NCBI GenBank assembly: GCA_050175015.1 | Contig: JBFXJJ010000001.1 | Span: 64,001-128,000, forward strand | Reading direction: 5' to 3' | Source of the DNA: Alphaproteobacteria bacterium | GTDB taxonomy: Bacteria > Pseudomonadota > Alphaproteobacteria > JBFXJJ01 | DNA: 64,000 nucleotides | Part shown: positions 21,310 to 32,142 of the stretch, piece after piece | Numbering within the stretch: the first letter of the stretch is position 1 | How the letters are laid out: each line of letters opens with the position of its first letter | Notes under the pieces: model-generated | What the model was told of the DNA's origin: nothing | Database searches by the model: none | Seen by the model: only the letters and a program-made list of their open reading frames with translations | Position numbers and translations under genes: made by a program

Positions 21310-24300
21310 TCAAACCGCAAAATATTTGGCTTTAACGTGATGCACAATAATTGCTGTCGTCGATTGCTCGGGATAAAGCTGGCTTTCATCTGACAATGAA
21401 ATTCCTATTCTTTCAGCTTTTAGCAAATCTAAAATCTTAGATTGCTGGCTTAAATCAGGACACGCAGGATAGCCAAAAGAATATCTTGAACCGTGATACC
21501 CTTGCTTGAATATTGACCTCATATCTTCAGCGTCTTCTGCTCCAAACCCAAGCTCTTCTCTGACTTTTTTATGAATATGCTCTGCCATTGTTTCTGCAAT
21601 TTCAACTGAAACCCCGTGCAAATAAAGATAGTTTTCATAATCACCGTTATTAAAGAGTTCTCGCTCTTTAATAGATGCTGTCGAACCTGCCGTAACGGCA
21701 TGGAAAGCTATAACATCTCTTTCTTTTTCATTAATATTTTTGAAAAAATCAGCAATACAAATACCACCGTCTTTCTTTTGTCTTGGAAAAGAAAATCTTG
21801 TAATTTCTTTGGCTCCAGTTTCATCAAAGATTACGATGTCTTCATTTTCTGAAGCGCATTTAAAATAACCATAAACTGCACAAGGAGTTAAAATTTTTTC
21901 AGAATCGCATTTAGCAATTATTTTATTAAGTGTGCTTTTAAGTTCTTTCTCTTCTGCTTCGCTTTTATATTTATAACCCCATTGCAACCTAAAAAGAGAC
22001 TTTTGATTAATATATGGAATTAAATTCTTAAGCGGAACACTTTCAACAACTCTTGTTCCCCAAAAAGGCGGCTCGGGAGTTTTATAATTATGAGTTATTT
22101 CACTTCGTTTTAATTTTAAATCTTCCGTTTCAGGTCTCTCACTTTTAGCCGCTTTTACTTTAGCTAAAACTTCCTGCTTCTTTTTTTCCTGTTCTTGCTT
22201 TTGTGCCTTACGTTCTGCCAATAAGTCATCAAAACTGTTATTAGCTATTTTTTCCATCATACTAAGACTGTCAAAGGCGTCTTTAGCATAAGCAACCTTG
22301 CCGCAGTCATAAGCTTCGATACATTCGTCTTCAACATAAGCTCTGGTAAGTGCTGCGCCTCCGAGAATCACAGGAATATCGAAACCCTCTTTAGTCATTT
22401 CCATTAGATTTTCTTTCATAACTAAAGTTGATTTAACTAAAAGTCCCGACATACCTACCGCATCAGCTTTTTCTTCTTTAGCCGCTTTCATAATATCGGC
22501 TATGGGTTGTTTGATTCCTAGGTTAACCACCTTATAACCATTATTAGTAAGAATAATATCAACTAAATTCTTACCAATATCGTGAACATCGCCTTTAACG
22601 GTTGCTAAAACCATTTTAGCCTTAGCTTCCTTAGAAGTTTTTTCCATAAATGGCTCTAAATAGGAAACTGATGCTTTCATTGTCTCTGCCGAACGCAAAA
22701 CAAACGGCAGCTGCATTTTGCCTGAACCAAAAAGATCGCCAACCGTTTTCATTCCCGACAGTAAAATATTGTTAATTATATCAAGCGGTTTATATTTCTT
22801 TAACGCCTCATCAAGAGCGGCTTCCAAACCTTTTCTCTCTCCGTCAACAATATGTTTTTCTAATGCTTCCTCGATTGTAAGCTGGACTTGATCTTTTTCC
22901 GATGCTTCTTCACTGCGTCCTTCAAATAATGCCATAAATCGTTCTAAAGCATTTTCATCTTTATTAAAGATTAAATCTTCGGCAGCATTTTTTTCTTGTT
23001 CTAAAATTAAATGGAGAGGTTTAATTTTGGAAACGTGCAAAATGGCAGAGGTCATACCCGCAGCCATAGCGTGATGCAAAAATACCGAGTTCAGAACGTG
23101 CCTAGCCGCAGGTTTAAGACCAAAGGAAACGTTAGAAAGACCAAGCACAATTTGGCATCGAGGAAGCTCATTATGAATAAGCTTAATAGCTTCTAATGTT
23201 TCAATAGCAAGCCCTCGGTCGTCAACATTTCCTGTACAGATTGTAAAAGTTAGAGGGTCAATAAACAAATCTTCAGGAGGAAGATGGTGCTTGATACAAG
23301 CAAATTCATAAAGCCTTTTAGCGATAGCCAGCTTGTCTTCCTTGCATCTTGCCATACCTTTTTCGTCGATAGTAAGGGCAACAACCCCTGCGCCATATTT
23401 TTTAGCAAGTTTAACTCGTTCTTCTGCTATACCTTCGCCATCTTCAAAGTTAATTGAGTTGACAATTCCTTTACCGCCATAAAGCTTAAGAGCGGTTTCA
23501 ATCGTGCTGGTATCTGTAGAGTCGATTACCAGCGGAATATTAACCGCCCCACGCAAAGCTTTGACTGCTTCCGTAATATCTCTTTTTTCGTTACGTCCCA
23601 CATATGCGACACAAATATCAAGAGCGTGAGATCCCTCTTTTTCTTGCTCTCTAGCTAATGATACGATTGACTCCCAGTCTTCGGCGTTAATTGTATCACG
23701 AAACTTTTTAGAACCATTGGCATTACATCTTTCACCGATAGCAAAAAAAGCATTTTCTTGTATCTGAGAGATACTGGAATAAAGTGAAGCCAACGCCTTT
23801 ATTGGATATATCTTACGCTTCACTGGAGCAGGTCTTTTACCATTGCCTATGCGGCGAAGCATATTGTCAACGGAGAGAATATGCTCAGGCATCGTACCAC
23901 AACACCCACCTACAATATTAACGCCATATTCCGAAATAAATTTTTCGTGCCACCTCGCAAGCTCTGCTGGAGTAAGAGGATAAAGAGTTTTGCCATCAAT
24001 GCGTTCAGGAAGTCCCGCATTAGGTTGAACCGAAATCAGAGCTGACCAATTTTCGGAAAGCCATTTGATGTGGGGAGACATTTCCAAAGGTCCTGTTGCA
24101 CAGTTAAGCCCAAAGCTGTTAACGTCTAATGACGACGCAACCGTAGCTGCAGCAGCAATATCAGCTCCTGTCAACATCGTTCCTGTGGTTTCCATAGTAA
24201 CTTGCAGCAAAATCGGAATATTCCTTTTCGCTCCCGCTATTTTTGCCGCATTAATTGCCGCCTTAAATTGCAGCATATCTTGGCAGGTTTCAATCAAATA

Positions 24301-24759
24301 AGCATCGGCTCCGCCTGCTTCCAAACCTTCACATTGCGTAATATATGATTTTTCTAGTGCATCATAAGCTATGTGGTCGAGTGATGGCAGTTTAGTTCCA
24401 GGACCTATCGAACCTAATACAAACCGTTTGCGACCATCAGAAAAAGAAGATGCCGCTTCTTTTGCAATCTCTACTGCAGTTTTATTAATTTCGAAACATC
24501 TGTCAGCCAGCCCAAACTCACCCAGCGTAATTTCAGAAGCCCCAAAAGTATTGGTTTCAACCATATCTGCCCCAGATTCATAATATCTCGTATGAATATC
24601 TCGAATGATATCTGGTCTTGATAGAACTAAGACCTCTGAGCAATTTTCCTTATTCCAAAAATCTTTTTCTAAATGCAGCGGCATCATCTGGATTAAAACA
24701 CCCATTGAGCCATCACATAATAATACTTGGTCTTGAAGACAGTTTAAAAAATCACTCAT
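21310..24759 (-). CDS. metH: Cobalamin-dependent methionine synthase
   Basis: GGCCGT homocysteine site, IGERCNANGS pterin domain, GDVHDIGKN B12 motif, RYSFGYPACP reactivation domain. Confidence 0.98.
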   Translation of the reverse strand: MSDFLNCLQDQVLLCDGSMGVLIQMMPLHLEKDFWNKENCSEVLVLSRPDIIRDIHTRYYESGADMVETNTFGASEITLGEFGLADRCFEINKTAVEIAKEAASSFSDGRKRFVLGSIGPGTKLPSLDHIAYDALEKSYITQCEGLEAGGADAYLIETCQDMLQFKAAINAAKIAGAKRNIPILLQVTMETTGTMLTGADIAAAATVASSLDVNSFGLNCATGPLEMSPHIKWLSENWSALISVQPNAGLPERIDGKTLYPLTPAELARWHEKFISEYGVNIVGGCCGTMPEHILSVDNMLRRIGNGKRPAPVKRKIYPIKALASLYSSISQIQENAFFAIGERCNANGSKKFRDTINAEDWESIVSLAREQEKEGSHALDICVAYVGRNEKRDITEAVKALRGAVNIPLVIDSTDTSTIETALKLYGGKGIVNSINFEDGEGIAEERVKLAKKYGAGVVALTIDEKGMARCKEDKLAIAKRLYEFACIKHHLPPEDLFIDPLTFTICTGNVDDRGLAIETLEAIKLIHNELPRCQIVLGLSNVSFGLKPAARHVLNSVFLHHAMAAGMTSAILHVSKIKPLHLILEQEKNAAEDLIFNKDENALERFMALFEGRSEEASEKDQVQLTIEEALEKHIVDGERKGLEAALDEALKKYKPLDIINNILLSGMKTVGDLFGSGKMQLPFVLRSAETMKASVSYLEPFMEKTSKEAKAKMVLATVKGDVHDIGKNLVDIILTNNGYKVVNLGIKQPIADIMKAAKEEKADAVGMSGLLVKSTLVMKENLMEMTKEGFDIPVILGGAALTRAYVEDECIEAYDCGKVAYAKDAFDSLSMMEKIANNSFDDLLAERKAQKQEQEKKKQEVLAKVKAAKSERPETEDLKLKRSEITHNYKTPEPPFWGTRVVESVPLKNLIPYINQKSLFRLQWGYKYKSEAEEKELKSTLNKIIAKCDSEKILTPCAVYGYFKCASENEDIVIFDETGAKEITRFSFPRQKKDGGICIADFFKNINEKERDVIAFHAVTAGSTASIKERELFNNGDYENYLYLHGVSVEIAETMAEHIHKKVREELGFGAEDAEDMRSIFKQGYHGSRYSFGYPACPDLSQQSKILDLLKAERIGISLSDESQLYPEQSTTAIIVHHVKAKYFAV

Positions 24760-24772
24760 AGTTTAATCTTTC

Positions 24773-25684
24773 TTATTTCTTTGCTCTTACGCCTAAAACA
24801 TGGCATATCGCATAAGTTAAATCAGCACGGTTAAGGGTATAAAAATGAAAATTGCGGACACCTTCAGCTTCCAATGTACGACATTGCTCAACCGCAAATG
24901 CAGCAGCAATCAATCTTCTGGTTTCGGGATCATCATCAAGTCCATCAAACAGTTCGTACATTTCTTTAGGCATCTTTACTAGGCTCTTTTTGGCAAACTC
25001 TTCGGTTCTTTTAAAATTAGTTACCGGAAGAATTCCAGGAATAATATCCGCTTTGATTCCTTTTTTTACTGCGCGGTCTCTAAACCTCAAAAACTCAGGA
25101 ATATCAAAGAAAAACTGGCTAATCGCCCGAGTTGCCCCAGCATCAATTTTGCGTTTTAAATTGTCTAAATCAAAATCTGCGCTTGGTGCTTCAGGGTGCT
25201 TTTCTGGATAGCAAGCTACGCTTATTTCAAAATCAGCTGTTTCTTTCAAAAATTTAACTAAATCAACCGCATATTTAAATCCTTGAGCGTCTAATTCCTC
25301 TCCTTCGGGAATATCTCCTCTTAGGGCAACAATATGTTTAACACCTTGGTTGTAATAATTTAGAGCTATTTCTTTGATTTCATCTTTATTTGCACTGATA
25401 CACGTTAAGTGTGCCGCAGGATTAATATTGGTTTCTTTTTTTATACGAACCACCGTTTCGTGAGTTCTTTCTCTAGTAGACCCGCCAGCTCCATAGGTAA
25501 CAGAAACAAATTTGGGAGAGAGCGGCTCCAGCCGTTTAATGGATTCCCACAAGGTTTCATTCATTTTATCTGTTTTTGGGGGGAAAAATTCAAAAGAAAC
25601 TTCTATGTTTTCAGAAGGTTTTGCCATTATCGGAAGCAAGGACAAACATTTTCTAACCTTAAAAATATTTTTTAAACAAAACAT
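24773..25684 (-). CDS. metF: 5,10-methylenetetrahydrofolate reductase
   Basis: SFEFFPPK, SVTYGAGG, ALRGD, HFYTLNR; upstream of metH; exact start uncertain. Confidence 0.97.
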   Translation of the reverse strand: MFCLKNIFKVRKCLSLLPIMAKPSENIEVSFEFFPPKTDKMNETLWESIKRLEPLSPKFVSVTYGAGGSTRERTHETVVRIKKETNINPAAHLTCISANKDEIKEIALNYYNQGVKHIVALRGDIPEGEELDAQGFKYAVDLVKFLKETADFEISVACYPEKHPEAPSADFDLDNLKRKIDAGATRAISQFFFDIPEFLRFRDRAVKKGIKADIIPGILPVTNFKRTEEFAKKSLVKMPKEMYELFDGLDDDPETRRLIAAAFAVEQCRTLEAEGVRNFHFYTLNRADLTYAICHVLGVRAKK

Positions 25685-25792
25685 CGATAACCAAAACTCC
25701 TGATATAATTAAAACATATCTTTTTTAATCATAAAAAATACTTTTAATAAAGTTTATTTATATAAAATCAAAATAAAATCTAGCTTTTAGTT

Positions 25793-27067
25793 CTAACACT
25801 CAAAAATGCCCACAACTTCCAAATGGCTGGAAAACGTAAATTGATCTAAGCAGTTTATGTTTTTAACTTCATATCCGCCATCAATGAGTTTCTTAGCATC
25901 ACGAGCAAATGTTGAGGGATTACAAGAAATCATCACAATCTTTTTAGGCTTGCACCACATATCCGCCAAAACAGCGACTTGAGCTGCCGCTCCAGCTCGA
26001 GGAGGATCGATAACTACTAAATCAACATCGGAAAATTCTTCTTCTGATAAAGGATCTTTGAAAATATCTCTCACAAAACCCTTAATATCTGACTGACTAT
26101 CTTTGAATGCTGAACGATTTAAAGATGCTACCATTTTATTATCAAGCTCAAATGCCTTAATTTTTTCTACCCCTGATTTAGCCAAAGCCATAGTAAAAAC
26201 CCCTAAGCCCGAAAAAACATCAAGCGCATACTTAGAACCGACAGCTTCGGTTATTATTTTAGAAACTAAAAAAGCTTCTCCTTCTTGAGACGGCTGCAAA
26301 AAACAATCCTGCGGTATTTCTACTTCATAACCTGAAAAATTAATCATTGGTGTCCGCCTGACTGCAACGGGCATATAATCAGGCTCCTTTAAAGACGTAT
26401 ATCCGATTGCCGCAAGGTCATATTCTTGAGCAAACGCCGAAATATTCTCCAAAGCTTCTAAATCAGGAGGATTTTTAAGTTTAAATAAAATATCAAGCCC
26501 ATTAGAACCCAAAGTTACTTTAATATCGCCTTTTTGTTTAACCTCAAAACGAGAGCAGAGTTTTTTTAACGGCTCCAAAATTTGATTAATCTCAGGTCTT
26601 AGCAGCAGACATTTTGTAATTCCCACAATGTTATGGCTTTGCTTTTGGTTAAATCCAAACATAACATTAGAATTTCCAAGATTATAAAAAACAAGCTCGG
26701 CTCTCCTACGGGATTCTGTCTTAGTGGCAAAAATATCTATGTCTTTATGATATTCAATTCCCTGCATTTTCAGAGTTTTTTCAAAAATATCTTTCTTAAA
26801 ATTAGAATAGGCATCTTCGGTTAAATGCTGCAAAGTACAGCCGCCGCATTTCCCAAAATAAGGACAAGGAGGATTTCTTCTTTCGGGAGATTTTTCCGAA
26901 ATACTTAAAACTCTAGCTCTATCACCACTTATTTCGGCTAGAACTTTTTCTCCGCTTAAAGCCAAGGGAACAAAGATTTTTTTGCCCTTAGAATAAGCAA
27001 GTCCATCACCGCTAGCGCCTAAAGAAGTTATTTCAAGTTCTGCTTGATATGTTTTGTTTTTGACCAT
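25793..27067 (-). CDS. rlmD: 23S rRNA m5U methyltransferase (RlmD/RumA family)
   Basis: TRAM-like N-terminus, CPYFGKCGGC Fe-S motif, DPPRAG, SCNPSTFARD. Confidence 0.88.
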   Translation of the reverse strand: MVKNKTYQAELEITSLGASGDGLAYSKGKKIFVPLALSGEKVLAEISGDRARVLSISEKSPERRNPPCPYFGKCGGCTLQHLTEDAYSNFKKDIFEKTLKMQGIEYHKDIDIFATKTESRRRAELVFYNLGNSNVMFGFNQKQSHNIVGITKCLLLRPEINQILEPLKKLCSRFEVKQKGDIKVTLGSNGLDILFKLKNPPDLEALENISAFAQEYDLAAIGYTSLKEPDYMPVAVRRTPMINFSGYEVEIPQDCFLQPSQEGEAFLVSKIITEAVGSKYALDVFSGLGVFTMALAKSGVEKIKAFELDNKMVASLNRSAFKDSQSDIKGFVRDIFKDPLSEEEFSDVDLVVIDPPRAGAAAQVAVLADMWCKPKKIVMISCNPSTFARDAKKLIDGGYEVKNINCLDQFTFSSHLEVVGIFEC

Positions 27068-27110
27068 AAATACCTGTGTTTATTTTTAGTTGTTTATGTA
27101 ATTATATTTT

Positions 27111-28391
27111 TTAAAGTCTCATTAAATCAGCTTCAACTAATTTATGCATTATGGGTATAATATCGGAAACGGGCTTTTTTATGATGTTGCTTATATCTAT
27201 TAAATCGTTAGAACCATCGGCATATGCAATAAAATCCATCATAGTTTCAACCGAACAGCTGGTTGCTTTTGTGCTAAAGTTAGGATAAAGACCTCTTTTG
27301 CCCAGCTGTGGTTCACAAAGGCAGTTAATTTGCGGCTTAGCATTATTTTCAATAATATTAATGCAGTCCTCAACCATATCATACCCCCCCTTAAGACCTT
27401 TTGCTGTTACCAGATTAAAGTCATCAAGTGAAGTATGGTATTCGGGGTATTCACTATATTTAGATCGGCTCAGTGCTACCAGCGGCAAATCAACTCCAGC
27501 ACTGCAATACTGCCTCTCATCGCTGCCTCTTTCCAAGAAAGAATATTTGAAAAAATTTTCATCTTTGAATTTTAAAACATTTTCTGCAACCTTATCGGCA
27601 TAAGTATTGCCATATCTTGAGGCAACATATGAATAGGCTCGTTCATCGCCAATACAGGAAAGATTAAAACCTGCAATTATATTTTTTTTCATTGCTTCCA
27701 AGTTTTTACTTAAATAAACAATAGAGCCTATCGTTTCTGGAATGAAAATAATTCTATAAGTGTATTTTCGTGGGCTTGACAACAGCCATTTTGCGATAAA
27801 GGTCGATACACAAGGACCTGACAACTCGTTATTAGCCATCGAAGGGTGGCAGACATACGTTGATAAAAAAACTTCCTTGTCGCTATCACCTTTGATAATA
27901 AGCTCACCAAAAGTTAGGTTTCCTTCTTTCAGTTCGCTGTCGATAACAATATGATATTGCCCCTCTTTTAAGGTCTGCCTTTGAGTGTGTGTTAAACAGA
28001 AACCCCAGTTTTCTTTATAATATGATGTAATATATGGTATCGCATCGGGCTGATCTGGAAGACTAAATAGATGTTTTTGTAATTCTGCAAGCGGCATAAC
28101 CTGATTAACAGGAACGGAATAACCAACAACGTGCAGATTATTATTGCTAAAATCTACAATTATGTTTTCATTCTCATCTGCAATGAATGCCTGTTTTATA
28201 TTCCATTCCTTAGGAACAACCCAGTCAAAAGCTTTAGTCCCTGTTGGAACTTCTATAATACTAAGAGGAATATGCTGCTGCAAAGCCGCCAAAGTTTCTC
28301 TCACGCCATTGCCTGTAATACTACGGCAAATGGGATATAATTCCTTAGCAAGTGAATAAATCTGCTGGCTTAGCTCTTCATCATTTAACAT
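27111..28391 (-). CDS. DUF4910-family aminopeptidase-like protein of polysaccharide loci
   Basis: PICRSITGNGVRETL, IPYITSYY, CHPSMANNELSG, GSDERQY, EYHTSLD. Confidence 0.85.
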   Translation of the reverse strand: MLNDEELSQQIYSLAKELYPICRSITGNGVRETLAALQQHIPLSIIEVPTGTKAFDWVVPKEWNIKQAFIADENENIIVDFSNNNLHVVGYSVPVNQVMPLAELQKHLFSLPDQPDAIPYITSYYKENWGFCLTHTQRQTLKEGQYHIVIDSELKEGNLTFGELIIKGDSDKEVFLSTYVCHPSMANNELSGPCVSTFIAKWLLSSPRKYTYRIIFIPETIGSIVYLSKNLEAMKKNIIAGFNLSCIGDERAYSYVASRYGNTYADKVAENVLKFKDENFFKYSFLERGSDERQYCSAGVDLPLVALSRSKYSEYPEYHTSLDDFNLVTAKGLKGGYDMVEDCINIIENNAKPQINCLCEPQLGKRGLYPNFSTKATSCSVETMMDFIAYADGSNDLIDISNIIKKPVSDIIPIMHKLVEADLMRL

Positions 28392-28394
28392 TGC

Positions 28395-29291
28395 TTACTT
28401 TTTTACAGCTTCAATAACAAAGGCTGAACACAAGAATAAACCACGCCAATTTGATGGCTCGTGCTCCAATTTAATGGCTTCTCTGCGGAACAATTCTGGG
28501 TCTTTTTCGCTCAAATATGGCATAGCAGGGTGATAGTGATACCACAGCAATTTAATATCTTTAAAATTATGCTTTTTGAATAATTCAATGACTTCAAACG
28601 GGTTATGGAACTTAGATAAAATTGCATCATAGCCAGGTTTGTCTGTCCCTTGAACCTTGTCTCTTATCTTAGGCATATCGGTTCTTAATCTTGATTTTAA
28701 GTCTTCTTCAACATACTGTTTCATCTCATCGCTAACATCGCCAAGCAAATCATTCATAATAAAGTCAACGGTGTGCCTATTTTGAGAAAACAAAGAAAAC
28801 AGCTTGTTTCTAAATTCGATAAAAACACTGCCGCCTTTTTTAACCATTGATGCCATATTTTCTAAAACCAAGTCATCATTCTGAACATGGGGCAAAACGC
28901 CCATTGCAATTAGACCATCAAAAAGACCGTCTTTAAGGCAATGAACATAACTTGTAGAATCTTGAATATCGGCAAGGAAAATATGGTCTGGATCTTGACC
29001 GCTTTTAATCATATTTTCTTGAGATTTTTTCACCATTTCTTTTGAAACATCAAAACCCCAAATATCAATTCCTGCCTTGCCTAAAGTAACCAATGGGGTA
29101 CCTTCGCCAACGCCTATTTCTACAACTTTTTTGATATTTTTAGTAACAAAGGAGTTAAGCAGCATTTGCAAACGAAAATAATTTGCTGGATATACTTTTG
29201 TTACATCATACAACATATCTCTGTCATATTGTTCGTGATAAGATGCGGCAACAGTATCATAATGATTTACTACAGTGTTTTTTTCTGACAA
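28395..29291 (-). CDS. Class I SAM-dependent methyltransferase
   Basis: VVEIGVGEG motif I; GFDVS motif II. Confidence 0.85.
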   Translation of the reverse strand: MSEKNTVVNHYDTVAASYHEQYDRDMLYDVTKVYPANYFRLQMLLNSFVTKNIKKVVEIGVGEGTPLVTLGKAGIDIWGFDVSKEMVKKSQENMIKSGQDPDHIFLADIQDSTSYVHCLKDGLFDGLIAMGVLPHVQNDDLVLENMASMVKKGGSVFIEFRNKLFSLFSQNRHTVDFIMNDLLGDVSDEMKQYVEEDLKSRLRTDMPKIRDKVQGTDKPGYDAILSKFHNPFEVIELFKKHNFKDIKLLWYHYHPAMPYLSEKDPELFRREAIKLEHEPSNWRGLFLCSAFVIEAVKK

Positions 29292-29508
29292 TTTCGTATC
29301 TCCAACTATTTAATAGATAAAGCAAATTATTCAACTTAATGAGGTATGATACCTTTAAAAAAGGACACCTTCAATAAAAACTTTAATACCTTATAAATAG
29401 CTAAAATATTATTAATTAAATGTTTTATTTTAAATAAGAGCTTTCGCCAAAGAATTTTTTTGATGCAAAAATAAACATTTTTAACTATGCTCTTTAGCAT
29501 CAAATGAT

Positions 29509-30240
29509 ATGAATTATTTAAGGCTTTATCCATTTATGTTAGAAACTTTGAAAAAAATTTATTTTTTACTTTTGGGAAAAATCTGCGGAACGCACCCTAG
29601 AGTTTATCCTTGGCACTTTCAATGGCTGGCAACAAGAGATTTACATAAGATTCTGAAAAAAGAACTCCCCAAACTTTCAGGAGATGTTTTAGACATTGGT
29701 TGTGGAGATAAACCTTACAAAATTTGGCTCAAAAACGCTCAAAAACATATCGGCATTGATATTTATGACGGCGCTTTTGTTGACTATGTTATTCAGCCCG
29801 ATGAAAAATGGGAACTGCAAGATAACAGCTTTGATGCCGTTATCAGTACTCAGGTTTTAGAGCATACTGAAAATATTTCTCATCTTTTAGATGAAGCGTT
29901 TAGGGTATTAAAGCCCAAAGGAGTTTTGATTATATCGGCACCCTTTCTCTACCACGAACACGGAACCCCTTATGATTTTTGGCGTTTTACCAAATTTGGT
30001 TTAGAAAAACTTATCAAAGAGCGGGGCAAAATTATCAGTGTTAGAGAATTCGGCAGGATTGGTTCAACTCTATCCACCTTATTTCTTTGCTGGATAATGT
30101 CATTCCACACCGTTAAAATTTTCTTTCCCTTCTTAATTCCATTGTTTTTGGTTGTAAATTTAATTGGATTAATCTGGGATAAAATCGATTTCTCACACTC
30201 TTATTATTCGGGAGTGGTTATTGTTGCAGAAAAAGATTAG
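29509..30240 (+). CDS. Class I SAM-dependent methyltransferase (Methyltransf_11-like)
   Basis: VLDIGCG, FDAVISTQVLEH, RVLKPKG, PYDFWRFT. Confidence 0.88.
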   Translation: MNYLRLYPFMLETLKKIYFLLLGKICGTHPRVYPWHFQWLATRDLHKILKKELPKLSGDVLDIGCGDKPYKIWLKNAQKHIGIDIYDGAFVDYVIQPDEKWELQDNSFDAVISTQVLEHTENISHLLDEAFRVLKPKGVLIISAPFLYHEHGTPYDFWRFTKFGLEKLIKERGKIISVREFGRIGSTLSTLFLCWIMSFHTVKIFFPFLIPLFLVVNLIGLIWDKIDFSHSYYSGVVIVAEKD

Positions 30241-31067
30241 TCCTTCTTACGAGCAATGCAGTTAATATATGGTGAAAAATAAGAATTGGCTTTGAGCTTT
30301 ATTTTAAACGTTCTCTCAAAAACCCAAGTCAAAATTGAAAAGGCAACCAAACCGTTTAAAAACAATTTTTTTAGCCACCATATGAAAGATTTTTTAACCG
30401 TAGAATTAAGATTCAGCACTAAAAAATTAGAAAACAAAAAATAACTACAATCTATCACCTCTAATCCTGCGTCCTTATGTGCAGTTTCAACTTTATTCTT
30501 ATCTAGAGGAATATGTATATCGTAAACCTTTTTATCAAATATTTTTTGCAAAAAACCAACACATTTAGTCATATTAGGAACATTGGTAAACATAATGCCT
30601 TTTGGTTTTAAAAGCTTGGATAAGGCAACAACGATTTCTTTGGTATCTGCAAAATGCTCAATAAGACCGATAGAAAGCACAACATCAAACTTACCTACCA
30701 AATCATCGGGAATATTAAAAATATCACAACAGTAAACTTTGCCCTTAACCCCATCTCTTTCTAAAATAGCACTAGCCTGTTCACAGCCGACTTTAGAGTA
30801 ATCTATGCCCGAAATATCAAAATTAAAGCTTTTAGCAAAAACAGGTAATATTTGAGATCTTGCGCAGCCAACTTCAACAAAGGCAACGTTTTCTCTGCCT
30901 TCAAACTCGGCAAAACTTTCTTTAAATTTGATAAAAAAACTGTGCTTAACATAGTCTTTTATCGCGAGAGATTCCATATCCCAAGTTTTAGGTAAGTCTT
31001 GGTTCTGCCAAACCCCGCTCCAATATTCATTTCCCGCCTTATCTTCCGTAATATTACTTTCTAACAT
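30237..31067 (-). CDS. Class I SAM-dependent methyltransferase
   Basis: FVEVGCA, GIDYS, FDVVLSIGLIEHF. Confidence 0.85.
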   Translation of the reverse strand: MLESNITEDKAGNEYWSGVWQNQDLPKTWDMESLAIKDYVKHSFFIKFKESFAEFEGRENVAFVEVGCARSQILPVFAKSFNFDISGIDYSKVGCEQASAILERDGVKGKVYCCDIFNIPDDLVGKFDVVLSIGLIEHFADTKEIVVALSKLLKPKGIMFTNVPNMTKCVGFLQKIFDKKVYDIHIPLDKNKVETAHKDAGLEVIDCSYFLFSNFLVLNLNSTVKKSFIWWLKKLFLNGLVAFSILTWVFERTFKIKLKANSYFSPYINCIARKKD

Positions 31068-32142
31068 TTAGGCTCCAATCTAGCAGTTTTTTCAAATTTT
31101 TGTTAAAATCGTAATCTCGCCAATAACGATTAAATCCGTTTTTGGCTATTTCTATTCTTTCGTTATCGTGCTGTAAATAATACTCAATTTTTTCAATCGC
31201 ATCAGGAATATTATCATAATATACTGCCTCTTTTCCTGATTCAAAAATTTCATTATGCGCATCAGCCGCCGCCTTATCGCACATAAGCATCATTCCGTGG
31301 GCAGGAACTTCATACATTCTAGCATTTCCTGTCTCATTTTTAGCGTCAGATAAATGCATATTTATTCCTATTTTACAATGACGATAAAGGTAATCTCTTT
31401 CAGCCCCTGTTAAACTTGTAACCCTATGTGGAAAAACAGGTTTGCCTAAAAGCCCTCTTAAAATGGCGCCATAACCTTTTAGTTTCCAGCGACCGTGAAC
31501 CTTAAGTCTATCTTTAAAATGCTTTTTTAACTCAACAAGGCGGTCAACTTTTGGCGAATATTGATTGCCGACATAAGATAAAGCTATTTCTCTGTCTTTA
31601 AAAAAATCTTCATCAACAATATCTGGTTTAGAAAATTTTTGAAAAACCAAAGGCCAAAAACAGTGTTTTTCAATACCCCAGCGGGAAATAGCATCTTTAT
31701 AACTTATATTATCCATATAACCAGGAGAAATATAAAAAGCGCCGTCAAATGCCCAGAAATAGGGAATCCCTCTTGTATAGGTAGAGTAAGGATCGTCAAT
31801 TAGCCCTAAAATCTTTATCGGTTTTTTTAGTTCTTTGTATATAATTTCGGGGTGAATAATATTGTAATAATACATTATTATCAGGTCAAAATCCTTGAAT
31901 TTTTCTACAAAATCATACGCCATTTTCATATATGACGGATTTTTGCTCCGATATAACTCATCTATTCCTTGAACCGTTGTTAACTTTTTTACGCTGTCAA
32001 ATCCATAAAGACCATATCTTATTAAGTCTTGGATATTGCCGAACCTGTTTTTAGAAAAATATGACCAGCAATCAAAGCTTTCAATATGATAGCCTTCTAT
32101 CTTTTCTTCTGGAACTAAATTAAACAAACAAACTTTTTTCAT
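31054..32142 (-). CDS. Glycosyltransferase (CgeB / Glyco_trans_1_2-like)
   Basis: C-terminal KIGINMH...NARMYE...KIEYYL...ERIEIA signature. Confidence 0.8.
   Translation of the reverse strand: MKKVCLFNLVPEEKIEGYHIESFDCWSYFSKNRFGNIQDLIRYGLYGFDSVKKLTTVQGIDELYRSKNPSYMKMAYDFVEKFKDFDLIIMYYYNIIHPEIIYKELKKPIKILGLIDDPYSTYTRGIPYFWAFDGAFYISPGYMDNISYKDAISRWGIEKHCFWPLVFQKFSKPDIVDEDFFKDREIALSYVGNQYSPKVDRLVELKKHFKDRLKVHGRWKLKGYGAILRGLLGKPVFPHRVTSLTGAERDYLYRHCKIGINMHLSDAKNETGNARMYEVPAHGMMLMCDKAAADAHNEIFESGKEAVYYDNIPDAIEKIEYYLQHDNERIEIAKNGFNRYWRDYDFNKNLKKLLDWSLNVRK

Noticed and set aside
25685-25792. SAM or cobalamin riboswitch upstream of metF-metH
   Set aside because: The spacer is short and almost entirely A/T with no recognisable aptamer core.
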